From an uncultured Candidatus Saccharibacteria bacterium (lineage in GTDB: Bacteria > Patescibacteriota > Doudnabacteria > UBA920), in contig CAZHIA010000003.1 in assembly GCA_964532425.1 (NCBI GenBank), positions 201,748 to 265,747 on the forward strand: DNA of 64,000 bases, read 5' to 3'. Shown piece after piece: positions 1 to 8,818 of the stretch. How positions within the stretch are numbered: the stretch's first letter is position 1; each line of letters opens with the position of its first letter. A program made the position numbers and the translations under genes. The notes under the pieces are model-generated. The model searched no databases and was not told the origin of the DNA. It saw nothing but the letters and a program-made list of their open reading frames with translations.

Positions 1-189
1 CTTTGAGGACACTTGCCTCTGCGCTGAACATCTTCTCCCAATCCGGGCTATACGCCACGACGCGGTAAATTTTGTTTTGGTATGATTCGATTGACATAGG
101 CCTCTCTATAATACCACTACTCCGGGAGAAAATCCATGTAATCAAGCGCAAGTTTTCAACAACCCGCATTATTAACATCCATACTCTGA

Positions 190-798
190 TTATGCTTGTC
201 CTGCGAGTAGTATTCGAAGATAAGATTCCACCGGATGCTCCGCATCCACCAAATAGCATATTCCACCAAGCTTGCTGAAAATTTGATGAACCCGCCGGGA
301 ATCATCAATAGCAATACAGTCACGCAAGTCCGCCTTGAACTTGTCGGCGTATTTCAGAAATAACTCTCCTTCGTTGTCCGTTTTGTGGAGACCCTCTTCG
401 AATGAGTTTGACACTATATCAAAACATTGTTTCAACCGGAGGCGAGGTTCGGTAAACATGGAAAAACTGTCCATGTTTCCGGTCAGCAATATCACAACGT
501 ATTGTTTACGCAGACGGCCGATAGACCGCAGCACTTCTTCAGAAACGGACATTGTCTGGCAATCCTGGACGAATATATCCCAGAGCTCTCCAAAAGGAAT
601 GCCTAGGTTTTCCGATACGATCCTGTTTATCTGCTCAGCTGAATATTTTCCGCGCATCCACTCATTGACCAGCGTGGTGTCCTGCCTGAATAATAACTCC
701 TGGACCTGCTCATGCTGGACCGGCGGCAAGCTTCTCCAGTACCGCTCATAGCACAGCACACCGTCAAAATCCATAAATAAAATGGGTTTGTTTTCCAT
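190..798 (-). CDS. HAD-superfamily hydrolase
   Basis: N-terminal FMDFDGVL (DxDG motif I of HAD phosphatases); 202-aa ORF. Confidence 0.55.
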   Translation of the reverse strand: MENKPILFMDFDGVLCYERYWRSLPPVQHEQVQELLFRQDTTLVNEWMRGKYSAEQINRIVSENLGIPFGELWDIFVQDCQTMSVSEEVLRSIGRLRKQYVVILLTGNMDSFSMFTEPRLRLKQCFDIVSNSFEEGLHKTDNEGELFLKYADKFKADLRDCIAIDDSRRVHQIFSKLGGICYLVDAEHPVESYLRILLAGQA

Positions 799-896
799 AT
801 AGAAATTTTATCAAAAAACCGCTGTTCAGGCGAAATGACAACTCTTGACCAGAGCCCTGCTTTTCGCTATACTAGTTCGTTGTTCAAGGAGGCAAA

Positions 897-1577
897 ATGA
901 CACGCAAAATGATGTCCGCAGTAGTTACTCTGGTGCTGCTTCTCTGCGTTACCGTGACAGCGCAAACCGCTCAACAGCCCCAGCAGGATCAGACCAGCCT
1001 CGGCAGTGTCCTCGACAAGCTCAAAGACCCCGAGTCAGTCAAGCAGCTTCAGCAAGCACTGTCCGTACTGCAGGAAGTTGCCCAGACCAAGGCTCAGGTG
1101 ACAAAACCAGGAGATCATAAGTCTGTCGGCGATGCGCTCGACAAAGGCCTGGACATGGCCAAGACCACGGTCGTCTATCTGGCGGGCAAGATCGAACAAG
1201 TGGCGCCGAAGCTGTGGGAGGTTCTCAAGCTCCAACAGTACGTCAAGGGAGCCACACTCCTCATCAACCCTTTTGGGTTCCTGATTGTCGTACTGCTGTA
1301 CCGGCATTACGTACAAAAATGGTGGAAGCCGCTGCCAGTCGACAATAATCCTGACAGCCCGCTCTTCCATGAATCGACAAGTTCGGAGGACGTTCCATTG
1401 CCAACCCGCAAAGGTTGGCGCAGCATCTTTACGGTCGCCGTGCCACTGGCCTCCCTGGTCGGTGGCGGCATCTGGTTCTACTCCTCCATCACGCAGGCGA
1501 TCGGGTACTTTATTAACCCGAACTACTACGCATTGAAAGACATCATCGCCATGGTTCGCAACCCTGGTGTCTTCTAA
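897..1577 (+). CDS. hypothetical secreted/membrane protein
   Basis: SD AAGGAGG 6 nt upstream of ATG; N-terminal hydrophobic signal-like segment and internal TM stretches. Confidence 0.6.
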   Translation: MTRKMMSAVVTLVLLLCVTVTAQTAQQPQQDQTSLGSVLDKLKDPESVKQLQQALSVLQEVAQTKAQVTKPGDHKSVGDALDKGLDMAKTTVVYLAGKIEQVAPKLWEVLKLQQYVKGATLLINPFGFLIVVLLYRHYVQKWWKPLPVDNNPDSPLFHESTSSEDVPLPTRKGWRSIFTVAVPLASLVGGGIWFYSSITQAIGYFINPNYYALKDIIAMVRNPGVF

Positions 1578-1605
1578 AGCTCCATCGTACCGAGGTATAA
1601 TGGAC

Positions 1606-1637
1606 AACGGGGACGGAATAACATTCCGTCCCCGTTT
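1606..1637. terminator. bidirectional rho-independent terminator hairpin
   Basis: 13-bp stem ACGGGGACGGAAT/ATTCCGTCCCCGT with 3-nt loop, T-run after; between convergent genes. Confidence 0.5.
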
Positions 1638-1674
1638 ATATTTCTAAACTCTTCTGAATTTTCCTTTGAACAAT

Positions 1675-2031
1675 TTATTTGACCACATACCCGCTGGCGT
1701 TGAATTTTTCGGAAAAGGTTTGGATGACCCCTCCGGTTTCGTCTTTCACATGAAAGGTTACCGGATGCCCGGCACGGTATTCCTGCGCACTGACATCCAT
1801 GCCAAAATTATGAAGCCCTACACCGACCGCTTCGGAAATGATACGCGATTTAAAATCATCCCATGAACCGGCACTATATTGCCTTACGTTCAGCTTTAGT
1901 TCGTGCGGCTTGCCGTCACCTTTTATAAAACCCACAGTAATTGAATAACGACCTTGGGGTATTTCGCCAGAATCATAACGATTTTCCGGTGCGATTGATT
2001 GTTCGCGATTCATAAAATTGAATTTAGGCAT
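1675..2031 (-). CDS. hypothetical protein
   Basis: ORF on minus strand; start uncertain (internal Met chosen to limit overlap with upstream gene). Confidence 0.4.
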   Translation of the reverse strand: MPKFNFMNREQSIAPENRYDSGEIPQGRYSITVGFIKGDGKPHELKLNVRQYSAGSWDDFKSRIISEAVGVGLHNFGMDVSAQEYRAGHPVTFHVKDETGGVIQTFSEKFNASGYVVK

Positions 2032-2407
2032 GTTGCGCATCAAGCAGCAACACAGCCCGTTTAATTGCAACGAACGAGTATCCCCAGAGCAGGGGCAGCC
2101 AGAGCGGCATGAGGTTAAACAGGCTTCGGCGGGTAAATGTTTCTACCCCGGTACTGACAAAAATTGTTTCGGAAAAGGTCAGAGCGACAAAACCGACAAT
2201 GAAGATTAGAAGTTCTCGTTTGATCATCTTTATGGCAAACGATACCGCTATAATGACTATATAAGCTAAGGCCAAAAAATAGTCATTTTTAATTATCGGA
2301 ATCAACCCAATCATAATAAGGATGGGTATAAAATTGAGGATGATGTATTTTATGGTTTTCATATAATTTGACAATTGACAGAAAGTGATATATAATGCGT
2401 CTATCAC
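2024..2407 (-). CDS. hypothetical membrane protein
   Basis: 127-aa ORF, four hydrophobic helices. Confidence 0.45.
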   Translation of the reverse strand: MIDALYITFCQLSNYMKTIKYIILNFIPILIMIGLIPIIKNDYFLALAYIVIIAVSFAIKMIKRELLIFIVGFVALTFSETIFVSTGVETFTRRSLFNLMPLWLPLLWGYSFVAIKRAVLLLDAQHA

Positions 2408-2420
2408 GATGAGAGCAGGT

Positions 2421-2975
2421 TCATAAGGTTTTGTCCTTATGCAATTGGCTCTCGTTTTGATTTTCTCCGCCTGTCTGGGCGGTTTTTCTGTATTCTAATT
2501 TCTGTTTTAAGTTATTCATAAAATCCAGCTTGTCTACCGCAAATGACCTCAGTAGCTTGGAATATTTGTGAACATTCGGAACTAGTAATTTTAAAAGTTT
2601 TCCATGAGTGTTCAAATATTCGATCAGGCAATAAAAATCACCGTCTCCGGTCACAATTAAAGCTCTCTCATAATTGGGGAACTGTATCATTGTATGAAGT
2701 ACTAATTCAGCGTCCACATTCCCCTTCACTGTAATTTCATTACCTTTCTTAATTTCCAATGTCGGCTTGAAAACGAGAATATACCCTTGTTTCTGCAGGG
2801 TGGTATACAACCCCTGATTTCCGGGCATATATCCAATAAACAAATACGCCTGTTCGATCTTGTATTTATCACGCAAATAAACCCTGAATCTGCCAAAATC
2901 TAAACGCCAACCTTGAGATTTTATGGCAAGGTTTAAATTTTGACTGTCAATGAATGCGTAATTGTGTATTCCCAT
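2421..2975 (-). CDS. NYN/LabA-like PIN-fold domain protein
   Basis: AFIDSQNL ... VTGDGDF motifs typical of NYN (LabA-like) domain. Confidence 0.55.
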   Translation of the reverse strand: MGIHNYAFIDSQNLNLAIKSQGWRLDFGRFRVYLRDKYKIEQAYLFIGYMPGNQGLYTTLQKQGYILVFKPTLEIKKGNEITVKGNVDAELVLHTMIQFPNYERALIVTGDGDFYCLIEYLNTHGKLLKLLVPNVHKYSKLLRSFAVDKLDFMNNLKQKLEYRKTAQTGGENQNESQLHKDKTL

Positions 2976-3020
2976 TCAATCAGAAGTTTATTTCCACTCA
3001 CAAGTGGAGTTGTACTATTG

Positions 3021-3788
3021 TTAAATGAATAACATCGCCATTAGCGGGGTAATGACGTGAATGACGATATCAGCCGAAAAGTGAGCGACCATAGCAGACT
3101 CAAGTCCCTTCTTCCAGTACAGCCAGCCGAAAATGACCCCGGGAACACCGTTCAGCAAGATTGCCCGTAGCACCACGACCGGAGTTATGGCAGTTACGCC
3201 CCCAGTAATCGGCAAGTGTCCCAACCCGAAAAAGACAGCCGCAAGAACTATGGCGATCCAAATACCCACACTCGTCGGATACCCTTCCGGCGTTTTTTTA
3301 ATTTTTGAAATTATCCAGGCAAGCAAGGTCACTAAGAATAGCCGACAGACAACCTCTTCGGCAATGCCGCCGTAGAACGAAGCAAAAAAGGTCTTCCACG
3401 TAGCAATAGACATTTCAACCTTGAGGAAATCCATGGAGACATTTTGGAACGGGATACTCATTAAAATGATAAGTACTCCCGATAAAATACCAAGACCGAT
3501 TGATGCTCCCGCAATCGATTTCAGATACGTCGTTTGGCTCTCCCCTTTTACCATACCTTCCAGGATCGGCAACCGGAATCCGGTTCGCTGGGCCAGGAAC
3601 AAACCTAAGAATACCGCAATCGAAAACATGACAATAGCCTGCACAAACGCAGCCACCATGAGCGCAGAACTGAACACCTTGGCCAAAGCGGGACTTAGCG
3701 CCATCTCATACGGCACCACCATCATCGAAGTCACCACGCATGCAGCCAGCAGAATAAAAAATACTTTCCAGTTGATTTTGTTTCTCAT
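3021..3788 (-). CDS. CPBP-family intramembrane metalloprotease (CAAX protease-like)
   Basis: multi-TM; EEVVCRLFL (EExxxR) and FFGLGHL (HxxxH/N-like) motifs. Confidence 0.65.
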   Translation of the reverse strand: MRNKINWKVFFILLAACVVTSMMVVPYEMALSPALAKVFSSALMVAAFVQAIVMFSIAVFLGLFLAQRTGFRLPILEGMVKGESQTTYLKSIAGASIGLGILSGVLIILMSIPFQNVSMDFLKVEMSIATWKTFFASFYGGIAEEVVCRLFLVTLLAWIISKIKKTPEGYPTSVGIWIAIVLAAVFFGLGHLPITGGVTAITPVVVLRAILLNGVPGVIFGWLYWKKGLESAMVAHFSADIVIHVITPLMAMLFI

Positions 3789-3906
3789 TGCTTTAAAGAG
3801 TTTATTAACAGCAATAATTATATCATAAAGTAAGTGTTGACAATTCAGCGGTTTTATGCCAATATATCATGTTGTCTGAAAATGAAGAGGAGGAAGTAAA
3901 AACAAT

Positions 3907-4821
3907 ATGCGCCCAGATACAGGCAGTCTCATGTCTACTGCATTCACCTCACCCGCAGGCACCGGCACGGTAACCGTGTGCCACTATCCAATCATCGCAG
4001 CCTTGGTGGCCGCGGAAGGGATCCTCGGCAAAGACCGGGTATGGAACGCCATCAACACCCGCCAGCAACAGTTCTTAGCAGAATCGTTCGCTGCCGGTCG
4101 CGGCCAGATTGGGAAGATTCCGGAAATCGAGTCCATAACATCCTGGGATTACCAAGTAATCAACCAGTTCCTCAGCAGCCGGGGGTTCGACATCCAGCTC
4201 GACGCGTTCGCTCCCAACGAATTCGGCGCCGCCAGCGTACTCAAGCTGGCCATGCAATGGCTGGAAGCCGGAGAAGCAGGCGTACTGATGGGGCCCGGAC
4301 GCCGCACATACGACGCAGTCATCATGAAAGGAGACGGCTTCGCACTGCGCTCCTCGCCGAATCTGGCCCACCCCGTAGTGGTGCTGAAGACGAAGACCTC
4401 AGACCTCGTACTACTGACCAAGGTCGATAAGCCGGTTAGCGAGCTCGAGCTGCCGCAGGTCGCCCGGAATATGTTCACTGCCGGGCCATCGGCGGACTAT
4501 GCCGAAGAAGTCGCATTCCCCATGGTCGACCTGGATATGCAGCCGGACATTTCCTGGCTGCTTCAGATGCACACCGTTGACTCGGCGGGTATGCCCTGGA
4601 AGATCAGCCAGGCGCTACAGCAAACCAAGTTCGCCATGGACGAATTCGGCGCCATAGTCGAAAGCGCTGCCGCACTCGGCATGCGCTGCCTGTGCATTCC
4701 GAACCGGTACGAGATTAACGGCCCGTTCGTAGCCGCGGTCTATCGACCTTCCCTGAAGCTGCCGGTTTTCATCGGCTACCTTGATACGGACTGCTGGAGC
4801 CGGCCCAACCGGACCGTGTAA
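3907..4821 (+). CDS. hypothetical protein (high-GC gene)
   Basis: 304-aa ORF with markedly higher GC than flanks; followed by hairpin terminator; shadow ORFs on both strands. Confidence 0.5.
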   Translation: MRPDTGSLMSTAFTSPAGTGTVTVCHYPIIAALVAAEGILGKDRVWNAINTRQQQFLAESFAAGRGQIGKIPEIESITSWDYQVINQFLSSRGFDIQLDAFAPNEFGAASVLKLAMQWLEAGEAGVLMGPGRRTYDAVIMKGDGFALRSSPNLAHPVVVLKTKTSDLVLLTKVDKPVSELELPQVARNMFTAGPSADYAEEVAFPMVDLDMQPDISWLLQMHTVDSAGMPWKISQALQQTKFAMDEFGAIVESAAALGMRCLCIPNRYEINGPFVAAVYRPSLKLPVFIGYLDTDCWSRPNRTV

Positions 4822-4843
4822 CCATCAGTCGCGCAAACACTCT

Positions 4844-4873
4844 AGCCACCAGTTCACGCTGGTGGCTTTTATT
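4844..4873 (+). terminator. rho-independent terminator
   Basis: AGCCACCAG-TTCACG-CTGGTGGCT followed by TTTTATT. Confidence 0.55.
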
Positions 4874-4913
4874 AATCCCCTCCATGGTGGCCATGAAGGA
4901 ACCAAATTTATGT

Positions 4914-4942
4914 AAAAAGCCCACCAATTTACATTGGTGAGC
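4914..4942 (-). terminator. putative terminator hairpin for 4929..5459 gene
   Basis: CACCAAT/ATTGGTG stem overlapping stop codon, T-run on minus strand. Confidence 0.35.
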
Positions 4943-5459
4943 TGATGGATTGGCGGTACCAAATTTGCTGCCAGTTATAGGTCCGATCCTTTATTTCGTC
5001 GATAATCTGTTGGACCTTCGAAAGCGGTAGCCGCTGGTACGGCCAGGGCAGCGGGCAGAGCCTGGCTGCGAGCTGGATGAATGGTTTCTCGAACGTGTAA
5101 TCGCGTCCCGTTTGGGAATAGCAGTGCCACGCGAGCACCTTATGGATAAGCAACCGTGCCAACAATTGACCTGGAAATGATTCTATTGAGTAGTCATTAT
5201 AAGAAAATAGATTCAGCTGTATCGGTGCCGGTCGAACAAATCGCGCCTCGGCTTCGGCTTGCAACTGTTCTTCATCCCACTCGTCCAGGCTTATGTTCTG
5301 CGGCAAAGGCATGAGCTTAAAAGCCGTTTCGATCATTAACGATCTGCGGGCCCGGCTATTGGAGATTCCTCCACTATCGTAGTACTGCCACAGCCTGCGG
5401 AGAATGAGTCTCGCAAGTTCCTGATCAGATAATTCCTTCAGAGTTCGTTTGCCGTTCAT
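4929..5459 (-). CDS. hypothetical protein
   Basis: 176-aa ORF; no recognisable motif. Confidence 0.5.
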   Translation of the reverse strand: MNGKRTLKELSDQELARLILRRLWQYYDSGGISNSRARRSLMIETAFKLMPLPQNISLDEWDEEQLQAEAEARFVRPAPIQLNLFSYNDYSIESFPGQLLARLLIHKVLAWHCYSQTGRDYTFEKPFIQLAARLCPLPWPYQRLPLSKVQQIIDEIKDRTYNWQQIWYRQSISSPM

Positions 5460-5562
5460 AATCCTCCTTAGAAAAAATATTATACACCGCTGAATGAAAA
5501 TATAAAAGCACCGCCGAATGGGGGTGCTTTTGCTAGGTGAATTTTTGCGAGTTTACCGGTCC

Positions 5563-6423
5563 CTACCACTGTTCCGCGAGGATATCTGTGGCAACCTTGA
5601 TCTTCCGTTCGAGAAATGGGGAAAACTGAGGCGAGTCGGACCACATGAACGATTTCTTCTCCATGTCGCCCGGGAGCTTCGCCATCTCGAATCTTGCCAT
5701 GGCTGCCACATGCTGAGCAAGCGGCGGATTTGCTAAGGCCTCTGGCATGACCGCATACAGCAAATATTCGGCTTCCAACAGGCGAAGCGGAGCGGCAAAC
5801 ACAAAGCCTTCGCGCAGCTCAGGATAGAGGCTGGCAAGGGCAATCGACTCGTTGTCCAACAACCCAACCAGCTCCGCATCATACGTTCCCACTCGACCCA
5901 TCATGTCCGGATGGATTGTATACGTCGCGTACGGAACACCGTTTACTACTGTCTGCGTTTCCACCCACGGACCAAGCTTGTCTTGCAACTTGGCGAGCAA
6001 CTGACAAACCAGGTCCTCTGGCATGTGGTTTACCTGGGCCAGCTGGATGGAGCTGATGGGACCGCAGGCCATGAGACCGCGAAGAACGCGATGGCAAGCC
6101 ATATATGTCATAATCTGTCTGCTAAGTTCAGCCATGGCGAAACCATGGACCGCGTCGTAGAGCATGCGCCGCTTTTCAGGGTCGTTGTTCATTGCCCAGA
6201 CCGGGTAATTAGCAGGCTGGGATGGAGTGGCTTCTCTCTTAACTATGACGCCCTCAGTCTCGAAATAGTCAATAAAGCTTTTGGCTTCCTCGCGCGTTAC
6301 TTTAGCCAAGTACTCGATTTCCTGAAGGCCGAAAACCATCAAGCTACAAATGGCTCTCCGAACGCGATCAATCGGTTCCATCTTCGGAACTTCCGGCAGC
6401 GTTAGAATCACTTTCTTATACAT
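5563..6423 (-). CDS. hypothetical protein
   Basis: start moved to MYKKVIL Met preceded by AGGAGG at 7 nt spacing. Confidence 0.55.
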   Translation of the reverse strand: MYKKVILTLPEVPKMEPIDRVRRAICSLMVFGLQEIEYLAKVTREEAKSFIDYFETEGVIVKREATPSQPANYPVWAMNNDPEKRRMLYDAVHGFAMAELSRQIMTYMACHRVLRGLMACGPISSIQLAQVNHMPEDLVCQLLAKLQDKLGPWVETQTVVNGVPYATYTIHPDMMGRVGTYDAELVGLLDNESIALASLYPELREGFVFAAPLRLLEAEYLLYAVMPEALANPPLAQHVAAMARFEMAKLPGDMEKKSFMWSDSPQFSPFLERKIKVATDILAEQW

Positions 6424-6526
6424 ACTTTCCTCCTGTAAAACATTCAACAATACCACAACAGGCGATTTTGGTCAACTCTTTATTTTTTTAGTAAAATAAT
6501 CTATAATATCAAAGAATCTAACACGT

Positions 6527-6576
6527 TGGGGTGTCGCCAAGTGGTAAGGCATCCCGATTGGATCGGGGCATTCGAA
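6527..6576 (+). tRNA. tRNA-Pro(UGG)-like 5' segment (acceptor 5' strand, D arm, anticodon arm, variable loop, first 3 nt of T stem); interrupted
   Basis: TGGGGTG-TC-GCC-AAGTGGTAA-GGC-A-TCCCG-ATTGGAT-CGGGG-CATTC-GAA then diverges; anticodon TGG at 6559-6561. Confidence 0.45.
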
Positions 6577-6581
6577 AGAGT

Positions 6582-6821
6582 ATGTACTCGGTATATATCT
6601 TAGAGAATCCCCTAGGGAAGCTCTACATTGGGCAGACCGATAATGTTGCGGAAAGATTGGAAAGGCACAATCGGAGCGGTACAAATTATACATCCCACAA
6701 AGGTCCCTGGAGAATAATTTATACAAAAGAGTTTTTGACCCGTTCCGAAGCGCTAGGGTATGAAAAGTATTTAAAAAGTCTTAAAAGTTCCCGGTATATA
6801 AAAACTGAGATCGTTCGTTAA
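6582..6821 (+). CDS. GIY-YIG nuclease, YhbQ/UPF0213-like (79 aa)
   Basis: VYILENPLGKLYIGQTDNVAERLERHN = GIY-YIG core (YIG, Arg, Glu), aligns with E. coli YhbQ; AAGAG SD-like upstream; ORF begins inside the tRNA fragment. Confidence 0.75.
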   Translation: MYSVYILENPLGKLYIGQTDNVAERLERHNRSGTNYTSHKGPWRIIYTKEFLTRSEALGYEKYLKSLKSSRYIKTEIVR

Positions 6822-6930
6822 TTTTTTTCTTCCACCCTATTGGGGTGTCGCCAAGTGGTAAGGCAGCGCCCTTTGGAGGCGCCATTCGAAGGTTCGAATC
6901 CTTCCACCCCAGCCAGGTGGAAGAAAAAAA
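6822..6930. repeat. perfect 15-bp inverted repeats TTTTTTTCTTCCACC / GGTGGAAGAAAAAAA bracketing tRNA-Gln
   Basis: IR-L 6822-6836, IR-R 6916-6930; exact reverse complements. Confidence 0.8.
6841..6915 (+). tRNA. tRNA-Gln(UUG), CCA encoded
   Basis: cloverleaf: acceptor TGGGGTG/CACCCCA (U1-A72), G73, D arm GCC-AAGTGGTAA-GGC, anticodon arm GCGCC-CTTTGGA-GGCGC (TTG 6873-6875), T arm GAAGG-TTCGAAT-CCTTC. Confidence 0.85.
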
Positions 6931-6946
6931 TTAGCCAATGCATCTA

Positions 6947-7011
6947 GTCAGTGGTAAGACATCCCGATTGGATCGGGACATTCGAAGGTTCGAATCCTTC
7001 CACCCCAGCCA
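6947..7011 (+). tRNA. tRNA-Pro(UGG)-like 3' segment (D arm through CCA) lacking a matching 5' acceptor strand
   Basis: GTC-AGTGGTAA-GAC-A-TCCCG-ATTGGAT-CGGGA-CATTC-GAAGG-TTCGAAT-CCTTC-CACCCCA-G-CCA; 7 nt at acceptor position (ATGCATC) cannot pair with CACCCCA. Confidence 0.45.
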
Positions 7012-7013
7012 TG

Positions 7014-7046
7014 AAAAAAGTATCCCCGTAAGGTGATACTTTTTTC
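7014..7046 (+). terminator. rho-independent terminator after tRNA cluster
   Basis: 14-bp stem AAAAAAGTATCCCC/GGTGATACTTTTTT (1 mismatch), GTAA loop, T-run. Confidence 0.55.
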
Positions 7047-7292
7047 ATTATGCGGACAAGATGGTGGTACCTTTCTCGATTTCGCACCGCCAATAATGAT
7101 GCTGATATAATTTCTTGTTTCTAACCTCTCTCTGTCTCTCCCCATTTCATTGGGGAGAGGACATACTAAGAAGCCAATCTATAATTACATATGAACTAGC
7201 GCGAGTGGCCAGCATAAAAGATACCCTGGACATGAGCTTCTATATATGGTATCCTGTGAGGTCTTAAAAAGACTTTCGAACAAGGAGGTAGT

Positions 7293-7667
7293 ATGGAAAC
7301 AGCTCACACAGGTGACAACTTACCGCATTTCCAAATCTGTGGGTGCGGCAAGCATGGAAGAGTAGTATTTCCCGACGGCAGGACCGGAGGGGAATTCGCA
7401 TCACAGGCACAAGGCAGACTTTGGATGGAGTACGCGGCACTGGTCGACGCATTCCAAAACGTGGATATCTTCCCCGAGGGAAAACTACAGCACCTCTTCG
7501 AAGAGATTCAAATCTCCCCGCTCCCCGACCAAATCGAACCCGACGCTTACATTCTCAAGGTAGTCGACACCTGGAATGCGGCCAAACTCCACCAACCCAG
7601 CCTGAACCCGGTTAATTTCCACCATGTCATGGACCGGCTGTGGGATTATAATGCCTTTGAGCAGTAA
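7293..7667 (+). CDS. hypothetical protein
   Basis: SD AAGGAGG then ATG; 124 aa; higher-GC block. Confidence 0.6.
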   Translation: METAHTGDNLPHFQICGCGKHGRVVFPDGRTGGEFASQAQGRLWMEYAALVDAFQNVDIFPEGKLQHLFEEIQISPLPDQIEPDAYILKVVDTWNAAKLHQPSLNPVNFHHVMDRLWDYNAFEQ

Positions 7668-7675
7668 CCAGCCTC

Positions 7676-7708
7676 GGCGGCGCGATCACCTCGCGCCGCC
7701 TTTATTTT
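7676..7708 (+). terminator. rho-independent terminator
   Basis: GGCGGCGCGA-TCACC-TCGCGCCGCC then TTTATTTT. Confidence 0.6.
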
Positions 7709-7711
7709 AAA

Positions 7712-7738
7712 TCTCCTCCATGGGGACCATGGAGGAGA
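7712..7738. repeat. 12-bp perfect palindrome TCTCCTCCATGG-GGA-CCATGGAGGAGA
   Basis: member of CCATGG-cored hairpin family. Confidence 0.6.
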
Positions 7739-7821
7739 CCACCATTGACATACATCACTAAATGTGTTATTTTTATTTGTTCAATTTGCTATTTTCAAAA
7801 ACCTCAGGAGGAAGCAAAAAG

Positions 7822-8265
7822 ATGACTCTGTTTCCCAATCAGATCATGGCTAAGCTGGCCCAGCTTGACCCTACTGCGTGTATCCGATACAGATCAAGCT
7901 TTAAGGAGACTGATCCGCGAGTTTGGTATGTTGACCTGGGTCGCATCGTGGTAAGTTCGGAGCGCGGTGGCTTTAACAGCCATCTCCACGGCACAGACGG
8001 CCCAACTCCCGACATAGCGTTATATAAAACGTGGGAAGCCATACTGGAATTTTTCCGAACGTATCCGGAAGGGTTCTTCCTGCTCTTCAGCTGCCCTCCC
8101 AATGTTCCCATCCCCGGTGATACTCCGCAAGCGTGGGTCCGCTGGGATGAACGCCAGGACGATTGGGTGAATGTCAAGCCGACAGCTCAAAGTCTGCAGG
8201 CACATCACATACCAGCCGATAGGATCGTTTCCTACACGGACCACGCTCTCGCAAGTCGGCGATAA
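7822..8265 (+). CDS. hypothetical protein
   Basis: start set at MTLFPNQ Met preceded by GGAGGAAG; 147 aa. Confidence 0.5.
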   Translation: MTLFPNQIMAKLAQLDPTACIRYRSSFKETDPRVWYVDLGRIVVSSERGGFNSHLHGTDGPTPDIALYKTWEAILEFFRTYPEGFFLLFSCPPNVPIPGDTPQAWVRWDERQDDWVNVKPTAQSLQAHHIPADRIVSYTDHALASRR

Positions 8266-8284
8266 CAGATAAAGGAGATATACA

Positions 8285-8803
8285 ATGAGCGCGCATGTTG
8301 TGACACCTATTGTCGACCCGACGAATCCGGTCGACTACTCCAAGACCGTAACGCCGCCCAACTACAAGTGCGGCAAGTGTGGCGCTACGAACTGCAAACT
8401 CTGGCGCGAATACAACACGTTTCTCGAGCACCAGCAACTGCTCTGCGTGAAATGTGCCGGAGAAGAAGAGCGAAAGAAGGTTTGCGACATTGATGCGAAC
8501 GGAAAAATCCAGTTCGAACGGCTCTGGCGCACGGACCAGATCGGCTGGATGATCCCCGCTGTACCGACCGAAGAGAATGATACCTTCTGGGGATATTCGT
8601 CGGTTCCCGCTGCCGGCTGTGAGTGGTGGTACCGGCTGCCCTCCATCTCCGAACAAACCAGAAACGAGCTCAGAAAGCTCGCTGTGACAGTCATCGATCA
8701 TGCGAAGAGTCGAGCGCGCCGCGGCCGCAAGCCGTCCATGGCGTATTGGGGAGAACGAAACCCCAACAAAGCGCTCGCGCTCGCTCGTAAGTTCGCGGCA
8801 TAA
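8285..8803 (+). CDS. hypothetical protein with CxxC...CxxC zinc-ribbon
   Basis: SD AAAGGAGA; CGKCGATNC and CVKCAG cysteine pairs. Confidence 0.55.
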   Translation: MSAHVVTPIVDPTNPVDYSKTVTPPNYKCGKCGATNCKLWREYNTFLEHQQLLCVKCAGEEERKKVCDIDANGKIQFERLWRTDQIGWMIPAVPTEENDTFWGYSSVPAAGCEWWYRLPSISEQTRNELRKLAVTVIDHAKSRARRGRKPSMAYWGERNPNKALALARKFAA

Positions 8804-8818
8804 GCCGCGCAAATTCAA

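Noticed and set aside
3978-4478. Overlapping ORFs (3978-4430 +, 4075-4371 -, 4149-4478 -) inside the 3907-4821 gene
   Set aside because: All nested in a high-GC coding region; Arg/Pro-rich low-complexity translations; the 3907-4821 frame is the only one spanning terminator to terminator.
6472-6726. 84-aa minus-strand ORF overlapping the tRNA-Pro fragment and the GIY-YIG gene
   Set aside because: Antisense to both a tRNA segment and a motif-supported CDS; no SD.
6527-7011. Canonical group I intron in the tRNA anticodon loop
   Set aside because: The interruption point is in the T-stem region (after CATTCGAA), not the anticodon loop, and no P/Q/R/S-like conserved core was seen. It may still be an unusual intron or an integration event; this is reported as a finding, not called.
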